From Gemmatimonadota bacterium (lineage in GTDB: Bacteria > Gemmatimonadota > Gemmatimonadetes > Longimicrobiales > RSA9), in assembly GCA_040905425.1 (NCBI GenBank), contig JBBDRO010000101.1, positions 29,005 to 65,226 of the forward strand: a stretch of DNA of 36,222 nt. The letters are read 5' to 3'. Each line of letters begins with the position of its first letter. Within the stretch, counting starts at the first letter, position 1. The notes under the pieces were generated by a model. That model saw only the letters and a program-made list of their open reading frames with translations. It was not told the DNA's origin and did not search any database. This document shows, in pieces, positions 29,742 through 36,222 of this stretch. Both the position numbers and the translations under genes were made by a program.

Positions 29742-29929
29742 TACGTCGGCGGCATTCCAGGCATTCCGCTGGCGGGTGTGCCTGCGCCGGCATGCCCATG
29801 CTGAAACGGCCGTGGCGCGCATCAAGTACCCGCCGCGGCGGCGTGCCTATGCGGCGCGTGGGGAGATGGAGCGCCGGAAGGTAGGTGCTGGAACGCTCGG
29901 CACAGAACCAAGGTCCGGCCCGGCCTGCC

Positions 29930-29961
29930 GCCAATATATTCTATAGAATATTTTGGCTCAA
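29930..29961 (-). promoter_or_regulatory. 28-bp AT-rich palindrome (operator-like) overlapping a sigma70-like promoter
   Basis: GCCAATATATTCTATAGAATATTTTGGC (29930-29957), 13 of 14 pairs complementary. Minus strand: TTGAGC (29961-29956), 17-nt spacer, TATATT (29938-29933). Confidence 0.7.
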
Positions 29962-30124
29962 CCATGCGGCGGACTGTGCGAAAGCTCCGAGTGCCACGCA
30001 CTCCTGCACCCTTCCCCCCCTCGCGTTGGTCCCCGTTCGCGGAACCGCGGCCATCCGCCCGCGCCGCCTCATCCGCCACGGCGGCCACGCCGGCTTCGCA
30101 CGTCCTGGCGTAGTGGAAGCACCC

Positions 30125-31051
30125 TCAGCTATTGCTGGCAGCTCCGGACAGCAGCTCGCGCGCGGCGCGGCAGTCATCCTCCATGGCGCGCACCAGTTCG
30201 GCCACCGAGGAGAAATGGCGTACCTCCCGCACGCGGGCGTGGAAATCCACGCGCACTTGCTGACCGTAGAGATCCCCGTGCCAGTCGAAGACGTGCAGTT
30301 CCACCGTGGGCGTGGACCCCGTGAACGTGGGGCGCGGCCCCAGGTGGAGCACGCCGTCGAAGGTGCCCTCCCGGAGCACGGCGCGCACCGCATAGATCCC
30401 TTCCAGCGGCAGCAGCTTGTCCGGGTGGGAGACCTGCAGGTTGGCCGTGGGAAAGCCCAGTCTGGCGCCGCGGCCGTCACCCCGCACCACCGTGCCCCGC
30501 ACCGCGTAGGGGCGCCCGAGCGCAGCCGCCGCGGCGGCCATGTCACCGGCCTGGACGGCGCGGCGGATGCGGGTCGAGGAGACCGGTTCCTGGCCGGCGC
30601 TCACAGGCTCCACCACCCGCACGCCGAAGCCCAGCTCCCGCCCGATCTCGCGCAGGGTCTCCGGATCGCCGCTGCGATCCTTACCGAAGCCGTGGTCGTA
30701 GCCGATGATGAGCTCACGACAGCGCAGCTTGCCTAGCAGGATCTCCTGCACGAAGCGCCGGGGCGGATAGTCGGCCAGCGCCCGGGTGAAGGGCAGCAGG
30801 TCCACGTAGTCCAGTCCCGACTCGGCCAGGATCTCGATCTTCTCCGCCGGCGTGGTGAGCAGTGGCGGCGCCGCCTCCGGACGCACGATGCGCAGGGGAT
30901 GCGGATGGAAGGTCACCAGGACCGCCGGCAAGCCTCGCGCGCGAGCCTCCGCCACCACCTGCTGGAGCACCTGCCAGTGGCCGCGGTGCACACCGTCAAA
31001 GGTACCCACAGTGACCACCGAGCCCGGGCCGGGGATACCAGCCCCGCTCAC
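30125..31051 (-). CDS. ribF: Bifunctional riboflavin kinase/FAD synthetase
   Basis: GTFDGVHRGH, TFHPHP, GYDHGFG, VSSTRIR, GDGRGARLGFPTAN, RPTF, DLYG. Confidence 0.97.
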   Translation of the reverse strand: MSGAGIPGPGSVVTVGTFDGVHRGHWQVLQQVVAEARARGLPAVLVTFHPHPLRIVRPEAAPPLLTTPAEKIEILAESGLDYVDLLPFTRALADYPPRRFVQEILLGKLRCRELIIGYDHGFGKDRSGDPETLREIGRELGFGVRVVEPVSAGQEPVSSTRIRRAVQAGDMAAAAAALGRPYAVRGTVVRGDGRGARLGFPTANLQVSHPDKLLPLEGIYAVRAVLREGTFDGVLHLGPRPTFTGSTPTVELHVFDWHGDLYGQQVRVDFHARVREVRHFSSVAELVRAMEDDCRAARELLSGAASNS

Positions 31052-31932
31052 GCGAACACCTTGCGCGGCAGGAGCGTGCCCTGGCTCACGTCGGCCAGGG
31101 CGTGCAGGCGCCCCTGCCAGGCCACGGCCGCGCGCACCCCCTCCGGTGCGTCCGCCGGAGCGGGCACCGCGCGGCCGTGCGCCAGCTCCGCGGCCGCGGC
31201 ATCATCCACCCGCAGCGTGGGCAGGTGCGCGAGGGCCTCCAGTGGGGCCAGCGAAGCTGCGGCGAGCGCCGCCTCGTCCCCCAGCTCCGCCAGCGTCACG
31301 GCGCCCGCCACGCCGTGGCTGCCCACCCGGGTGCGGCGCAGCCCGGTCAGGTGGGCGGAGGTGCCGAGCGCGGCGCCCAGATCGCGCGCGAGCGCACGGA
31401 TGTAGGTGCCGCTCGAACACTCCACCACGAAACGAACGCTGGGCAGAGCCAGCTCGACCAGTTCAAAGGCGTGTACCGTGACGCTCACCGGCGCGGGCGC
31501 CACCGCCTGGCCGCGGCGCGCCAGGCGGTAGGCCCGCTCGCCCTGGATCTTCTTGGCCGAATAGGCCGGGGGCGCCTGCTGGATCTTGCCGCGGAAGCCC
31601 TCGAGCGCCGCCGCCACCGCGTCCGCGTCCAGCCCGCGCCACGCCTCGTCGCTGGCCACCGGCTGGCCGGTGTGGTCATCCGTGTCGGTGGCGGTGCCGA
31701 AGAGCACCGTGGCCTCGTAGCGCTTGGGCAGACCGGTCAGGTGCTCCGCGATGCGCGTGGCGCTGCCCACGCACAGCAGCAGCAGGCCGGAGGCAAAGGG
31801 ATCCAGCGTGCCGGTATGCCCCACGCGCCGGGTACCGAGTGCGCGGCGCACGGCGCCCACCACATCGTGCGAGGTGGGCCCCACGGGCTTGTCCACGCGC
31901 AGGACGCGCGGCGCGGGCTCAGGCCCGCTCAT
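31048..31932 (-). CDS. truB: tRNA pseudouridine(55) synthase
   Basis: Start re-called to ATG 31932, overlapping the rbfA 3' end. DKPVGPTSHDVV, GHTGTLDP, PPAYSAKK, CSSGTYIRALARD. Confidence 0.96.
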   Translation of the reverse strand: MSGPEPAPRVLRVDKPVGPTSHDVVGAVRRALGTRRVGHTGTLDPFASGLLLLCVGSATRIAEHLTGLPKRYEATVLFGTATDTDDHTGQPVASDEAWRGLDADAVAAALEGFRGKIQQAPPAYSAKKIQGERAYRLARRGQAVAPAPVSVTVHAFELVELALPSVRFVVECSSGTYIRALARDLGAALGTSAHLTGLRRTRVGSHGVAGAVTLAELGDEAALAAASLAPLEALAHLPTLRVDDAAAAELAHGRAVPAPADAPEGVRAAVAWQGRLHALADVSQGTLLPRKVFA

Positions 31933-32368
31933 CCCCGTCGTCGGGCAGGGCGTCGGACGCGGAACCGGAGGCGTCCGCGTCGGCGGCGGAGCCATCGGGC
32001 TCGGCGGCGTCCTCGTCGCTTTCCCAACCACCCTCCGGCCGCACTTCCCGCAGCAGGGACTCGATGTGCCGGGCGTGGTCCTGGGAGGCGTCCACCTCAA
32101 AGCGTAGTTCCGGCGCGTGGCGAATGGAGAGCCGGTTGGCAATGGACGTGCGCAGGAAGGCCGCCGCCGCGCGCAGCCCTTCCATGGATTCCTCGCGCCC
32201 CTCCTGACCCGGCGTACTCACGAGTACGCGCGCCACCGCCAGGTCGGGGCTCACGCGCACGCCGGTGACGGTCACGGAGCCCACGCGCGGGTCCTTGACC
32301 TCCGTCAGCAGCAGGTCGGCCAGCTCGCGGCGCAGCTGCTCGTTCAAGCGATCCAGACGTCGTCCCAT
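31919..32368 (-). CDS. rbfA: Ribosome-binding factor A
   Basis: RRLDRLNEQLRREL, KDPRV, VSPDL, PELRFEVD, acidic tail; SD AGGAG. Confidence 0.96.
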   Translation of the reverse strand: MGRRLDRLNEQLRRELADLLLTEVKDPRVGSVTVTGVRVSPDLAVARVLVSTPGQEGREESMEGLRAAAAFLRTSIANRLSIRHAPELRFEVDASQDHARHIESLLREVRPEGGWESDEDAAEPDGSAADADASGSASDALPDDGDERA

Positions 32369-32392
32369 GCGGCTCTCCTGGCGGCGGCAGAT

Positions 32393-32428
32393 AAAGCGAA
32401 CGGCGATGACCCGTGGGGGCCGTCGCCG
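32393..32428 (-). terminator. Putative intrinsic terminator/attenuator between DUF503 and rbfA
   Basis: mRNA CGGCGACGGCCC-CCAC-GGGUCAUCGCCG (11 of 12 pairs including one GU) followed by UUCGCUUU. Confidence 0.55.
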
Positions 32429-32434
32429 GTGTTC

Positions 32435-32716
32435 TCACAGATACGAGCGGTCGGTCCTGATGATGCGCGCGCGGCCTTCCGCTGCCACCAGCCGGTCCGC
32501 CGCCTCCAGCGTCTGCTCCGCCACCGTACGGGCGGACGCCACCACGCAGACGGTGAGCTCGGCGCGCTGCCACAGATCCTGATGCGCCGTCTCGGCTACG
32601 GAGAGATTGTGGCGCTTACGCAGCCGATCCTTGAGGCTGCGCACCACGCTGCGCTTCTCCTTGAGATGCTGGGCGCCGTAGATCTCCAGCTCCCAGCTCA
32701 CCACGCCTATGATCAT
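32435..32716 (-). CDS. DUF503 (YlxP-like) protein
   Basis: Start re-called to ATG 32716 (93 aa). LKEKRSVVRSLKDRLR..NLSVAE...QDLWQRA; usual position between infB and rbfA. Confidence 0.92.
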   Translation of the reverse strand: MIIGVVSWELEIYGAQHLKEKRSVVRSLKDRLRKRHNLSVAETAHQDLWQRAELTVCVVASARTVAEQTLEAADRLVAAEGRARIIRTDRSYL

Positions 32717-32762
32717 GGGGCGGCCGTCCGCCGTGTGCTCGGGGCGGGGCGTGCGGCCCCGA

Positions 32763-35597
32763 TCAGCCTTCGCTCTCGCCGGCGGAGGCGGCCAGCGTGC
32801 GGGCAATCTCGTCGATGCGGAAGCACTCCACGTGATCGCCCACCTTGAGGTCATTGAAGCCCTCGATGCTGAGGCCGCACTCGAAGCCCTCCCGGACCTC
32901 GCGCACGTCATCCTTGAAGCGCTTCAGACTGCCCAGCGCGCCCGCGTAGACCTGCATGCCGTCCCGCACCAGGCGGAACTTGGCCTTGCGATCCAGCACG
33001 CCTTCGGTGACGTAGCAGCCGGCCACGGTGCCGGCGCGCGGCACCTTGAAGAGCTGCCGCACCTCGGCCACGCCCATGAGCACCTCGCGCTCCTCAGGCG
33101 CCAGCATCCCCTCGAGCGCGGAGCGAACCTCCTCGACCGCCTCGTAGATGATGTCATACTGCTTGATGTCCACGCCCTCGTGCGCCGCCGTGTGGCGAGC
33201 ATCGGCCGTGGGCCGCACGTGGAAGCCGATGATGATGGCTCCCGAGGTGGCGGCCAGCAGGACGTCGGACTCGTTGATGGCACCCACGCCGCGGTGGATG
33301 ACCTCCACCTTCACCTCGTCCGTGGAGAGCTGGGCCAGCGCGTCCGAGAGCGCCTGCACCGAGCCGTCCACGTCACCCTTGATGATGAGGTTCAGGTAGG
33401 CCGTCTTACCCTCGGCCAGCATGCGGCTGATGTCCGTGAGCTTCACGCCGCGGCCCTTGATGCGGAGCTTCTTCTCCCGCTCCAGGCGCTGCCGCGTCTG
33501 CGCAATCTCGCTGGCCCGGTCGGCCTCCATGGCCACCAGGGCGTCACCCGCCTGCGGGATGCCCGACACGCCCAGGATCTGTACCGGGATGCCGGGGCCC
33601 GCCTCCTTCACCGCTTTGCCGCGCTCGTCCAGCAGCGCGCGCACCTTACCGTCGAAGTGGCCGCACACGAAGCTGTCTCCCACGCGCAGCGTGCCGTTGG
33701 TCACCAGCACGGTGGTCACGGCGCCCTTGCCCGGATCCAGCTGGGCTTCCACGACGGTGGCGTGGGCCTCGCGGTCCGGGTTGGCCTTCAGGTCGAGCAG
33801 CTCGGCCTGCAGCAGCACCTTCTCCAGCAGGTCGTCAATCCCTGTGCCCTGCTTGGCGCTCACCTCGGCCGACAGCACCTGCCCGCCGTACTCCTCCACC
33901 ACCACTTCGTGCTGCAGGAGATCCTGCTTGATCTTCGTGGGGTCGGCGCCCGGCAGGTCCACCTTGTTGATGGCCACGATGAGCGGCACGCCGGCGTTCC
34001 GGGCGTGGCTGATGGCCTCGATGGTCTGCGGCATGACGGAGTCATCGGCGGCAACGACCAGGATCACCAGGTCGGTGATGTCCGCGCCGCGCGCACGCAT
34101 GGCGGTGAACGCCGCGTGGCCCGGCGTGTCCAGGAAGCTGATGGCGCGTCCGTCGGCCAGCTCCACGTGGTAGGCGCCGATGTGCTGCGTGATACCGCCC
34201 GACTCGCCGGCAATGACGTTGGCCTTGCGGATGTGGTCCAGCAGTGACGTCTTGCCGTGGTCCACATGGCCCATGACGGTGACCACCGGGGAGCGCGGCT
34301 GCAGGTCCTCCGGCGCGTCCTCCACCACGGACTCCTCGGCCATCTCCCCGCCGTACTCCTCCTCGCGCACGGCCTTGTAGCCGAACTCGTCCAGGAGCAG
34401 CTCGATCTGGTCGAAGTCGAGGCGCTGGTTGATGGTCACCATGAGGCCCAGGTTCTTGAACGCGCTACTCACGATCTGCGTGGCGGTGACGTCCACCAGC
34501 TCGGCCAGCTCGGCCACGGTGAGGAACTCGTTGACCCGGACGGTGGTGGCCTCCTCCTCCCGCTTGCGCTCGCGTTCGGCCTGCGCCTCCACCCGGCTGG
34601 GCGCCTCCTGGCGGCGGCCGCGGCGCTTCTTGCCGCCGCCACCCTTGAGCTCCGCCATGACGCGCTGGATATTGTCCTGCACCGCCGTCTGGTCCACCCG
34701 GCGCTGCTTCTTCTTCTTCTTGTCCTTGCCCTTCTTGCGCCCGTCCGGCGTGTAGCCCTCGGCCTGGATGCGCACGTTCCCCGTGGGACCGGCGCTCGCG
34801 GCGGGGGCGGGACGGCGCGGCGGCGCCTTGCCGAGCACCTCGGCGGCGCGGCGCAGGCGCGGCTTCTGCTCCTCCGAGATGGCGCGGGTGTCGGCCTCCG
34901 CGGCCAGCAGGGCGTCCTCCACCGCCTCGGGCTCCTCGGCGGCCTCGGCAACCGGCTCGGACGCGGCCGCCTCGAGCTCGGCCGACTCGGCGGGGACCTC
35001 GGCCTCAGGCTCAGCCTGGGTCTCGGCTTCGGCGGCGGCGCGGATGGCCTCATCGGCCACCTCCTCCGCTTCCTCCTCCGCTTCCTCCTCCGCTTCCTCC
35101 TCCGCTTCCTCCTCGGGAGCCTCCGCGGCTAGCTCCTCCGCCTCCTCGGCCTGGTCGGGGGCGGCTTCCGCTGTGGTGGCGGTAACCTCGGCGGGCGCCT
35201 CGTCTGCGGCAGCGGCCTCCTCCGCGGCCTCGGCCATGGCGCTTTCCGCGGCCTCGGCGGCAATGGCATCAGCGGCCTCGGCGGCCACGTCCCGGGCCTG
35301 GCCCTCCTCGGCTTCCTCCGGCGCTGCCTCTTCGGGAGCGGCCGGCTCTACCTCGGACTTGCGACGGCGGCGGCGCTTACCCGCCGGGGCCGCCGTCTCG
35401 GTCACTGTTTCGATGATCTCGGCCACGTCCTCGTGGCCCGCACGACGCTCGCGCTCGAAACGCGCGCGCAGCTTGGCCACCACGGCGTCATCCACGGTGG
35501 CGGCTTCACTGCGCGCTCTCACGCCCATGGTCCGGAGCAGCTGGATCAGCTTCTCCGGATCAATCTTGAATTCTCTGGCTGCTTCGAATACGCGCAT
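32763..35597 (-). CDS. infB: Translation initiation factor IF-2
   Basis: IF2-N MRVFEAAREF, GHVDHGKT, GGITQHIGAY, DTPGHAAF, NKVD, KGDVDGS, SLKRFKDDVREV..GFECG; long Ala/Glu-rich linker. Confidence 0.98.
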   Translation of the reverse strand: MRVFEAAREFKIDPEKLIQLLRTMGVRARSEAATVDDAVVAKLRARFERERRAGHEDVAEIIETVTETAAPAGKRRRRRKSEVEPAAPEEAAPEEAEEGQARDVAAEAADAIAAEAAESAMAEAAEEAAAADEAPAEVTATTAEAAPDQAEEAEELAAEAPEEEAEEEAEEEAEEEAEEVADEAIRAAAEAETQAEPEAEVPAESAELEAAASEPVAEAAEEPEAVEDALLAAEADTRAISEEQKPRLRRAAEVLGKAPPRRPAPAASAGPTGNVRIQAEGYTPDGRKKGKDKKKKKQRRVDQTAVQDNIQRVMAELKGGGGKKRRGRRQEAPSRVEAQAERERKREEEATTVRVNEFLTVAELAELVDVTATQIVSSAFKNLGLMVTINQRLDFDQIELLLDEFGYKAVREEEYGGEMAEESVVEDAPEDLQPRSPVVTVMGHVDHGKTSLLDHIRKANVIAGESGGITQHIGAYHVELADGRAISFLDTPGHAAFTAMRARGADITDLVILVVAADDSVMPQTIEAISHARNAGVPLIVAINKVDLPGADPTKIKQDLLQHEVVVEEYGGQVLSAEVSAKQGTGIDDLLEKVLLQAELLDLKANPDREAHATVVEAQLDPGKGAVTTVLVTNGTLRVGDSFVCGHFDGKVRALLDERGKAVKEAGPGIPVQILGVSGIPQAGDALVAMEADRASEIAQTRQRLEREKKLRIKGRGVKLTDISRMLAEGKTAYLNLIIKGDVDGSVQALSDALAQLSTDEVKVEVIHRGVGAINESDVLLAATSGAIIIGFHVRPTADARHTAAHEGVDIKQYDIIYEAVEEVRSALEGMLAPEEREVLMGVAEVRQLFKVPRAGTVAGCYVTEGVLDRKAKFRLVRDGMQVYAGALGSLKRFKDDVREVREGFECGLSIEGFNDLKVGDHVECFRIDEIARTLAASAGESEG
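35060..35114 (-). repeat. 12-bp coding tandem repeat (4.6 copies) encoding EEEA in the IF-2 linker
   Basis: CCTCCTCCGCTT x4 plus CCTCCTC on +. Confidence 0.92.
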
Positions 35598-35619
35598 AAG
35601 TCGTGTACGACGTTCCCTG

Positions 35620-35943
35620 CTAGTGTCTCTGTTCTACTCGCGGCAACGCTGCCGCGATGCGCCCTGCCAGCCCCGGCTCCGTAACGGCCACGGCGCCGAG
35701 TGGCGAGCGCCCCACGGCCCCGCCGAGCTCTGCCCGGCTGAAGGCCACGGCGTAGGGCGTGCCCCGCGCCGCCAGGAGTGGCATCAGCTTGTCCCTGCTG
35801 TTGTCCGAGGCGTCAGCGGCGAGGAGCACCAGCGCCGCGGCGTCGGCCCGGACGGCCTCCCGCACACGCTCCGTCCCCGGCACCACCGCCCCGGCCCGGG
35901 CGGCGAGCCCCAGATACCGGAGGGCCGGCTCAGACGCTGCCAT
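35620..35943 (-). CDS. L7Ae/L30e-family RNA-binding protein (YlxQ-like)
   Basis: LGLAARAG, LVLLAADASDNS, ELGGAVG, AVAVTEPGLA; immediately upstream of infB. Confidence 0.9.
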   Translation of the reverse strand: MAASEPALRYLGLAARAGAVVPGTERVREAVRADAAALVLLAADASDNSRDKLMPLLAARGTPYAVAFSRAELGGAVGRSPLGAVAVTEPGLAGRIAAALPRVEQRH

Positions 35944-36220
35944 CCTCCGGCTCCGCCTGGGCCGGCTGATCCACCGCCTTCGAAGCGGCTGCGTCGGCTG
36001 CTTCAGCCTCCGCGTCCGGCGCGACCTTGCTGGCCTTCACGGTCTTGCCAGCTGTAGCGGCCTTCTTGGCCGTGCCAGCCTTCTTGGCCGTGCCAGCCTT
36101 CTTGGCCGTAGCGGCCTTCTTGGCCGTGGCGGCCTTCTTTGTCTTGGCCGCCTTCTTGGCCGTGGCGGCCTTCTTGGCCGTGCCAGCCTTCTTGGCCGTG
36201 GCGGCCTTCTTTGTCTTGGC
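35930..36220 (-). CDS. 3' end of an upstream gene, probably NusA by synteny, with a histone-H1-like Lys/Ala-rich repeat tail (partial)
   Basis: Open frame from the window edge: AKTKKAATAKKAGTAKKAATAKKAAKTKKAATAKKAATAKKAGTAKKAGTAKKAATAGKTVKASKVAPDAEAEAADAAASKAVDQPAQAEPEDGSV-stop, overlapping the L7Ae start. The NusA identity rests only on the nusA-(ylxR)-ylxQ-infB gene order. Confidence 0.65.
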   Translation of the reverse strand, partial: AKTKKAATAKKAGTAKKAATAKKAAKTKKAATAKKAATAKKAGTAKKAGTAKKAATAGKTVKASKVAPDAEAEAADAAASKAVDQPAQAEPEDGSV

Positions 36221-36222
36221 GG
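36052..36222 (-). repeat. Degenerate 15-bp coding tandem repeat encoding AKKA(A/G)T-type units
   Basis: Repeated GCCTTCTTGGCCGT on +, with a higher-order 72-bp duplication (36123-36148 vs 36195-36220). Confidence 0.92.

Noticed and set aside
29930..29957. Palindrome as chromosomal dif site or NrdR box
   Set aside because: It is 28 bp but lacks the XerD arm TTATGTTAAA and the inner ATAA/TTAT of dif. CAATATATT resembles an NrdR core but the flanking bases and paired-box spacing do not fit, and no nrd gene is adjacent.
29989..30003. GAGTGC-CAC-GCACTC as a CIRCE element
   Set aside because: Half-sites are in the wrong order with a 3-nt rather than 9-nt spacer; just a short hairpin.
29716..30088. 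Small ORFs in the ribF-rpsO gap (29716..29934 and 29822..30088 on minus; a 49-codon plus ORF from 29964)
   Set aside because: No convincing SD or recognisable motifs, and one starts inside the predicted -10 box.

Overview
A very GC-rich bacterial chromosomal window made up almost entirely of housekeeping genes on the minus strand. Gene order and protein style suggest Gemmatimonadota (inference). Reading the minus strand from the right end: the 3' end of a probable nusA with a histone-H1-like Lys/Ala repeat tail, an L7Ae-family gene, infB, DUF503, rbfA, truB, ribF, a ~475-bp intergenic gap, rpsO, pnp, an M16 peptidase, ald, dut, mreB, mreC, mreD, rodA, accD, folC, hisS, a small membrane protein, proS, lysA, guaA, a secreted M14 peptidase, clpB, a lipoprotein, trxA, rsmI, DUF4159 and a long DUF4175-like protein with Gly/Gln repeats that runs off the left edge. 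Only methylmalonyl-CoA epimerase and a DUF4296-like lipoprotein are on the plus strand. I found no rRNA, tRNA, CRISPR array or mobile element. The most unusual signals are: (i) the mre operon has no PBP2 gene (mrdA), only a 10-codon coupled mini-ORF where it normally sits, and the adjacent RodA has lost its conserved Glu-Lys salt-bridge motif (QPSEFAK to QPAQFVN); (ii) a 28-bp AT-rich palindrome overlapping a sigma70-like promoter in the ribF-rpsO gap with no credible ORF behind it; (iii) the basic repeat tail on the probable NusA; (iv) competing hairpins between rpsO and pnp; (v) a sigma54-like promoter plus palindrome before clpB; (vi) probable leaderless hisS and rsmI. Many starts in the supplied ORF track are too long and were re-called from RBS and motif context. 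All family assignments are from motif recognition, not database searches.
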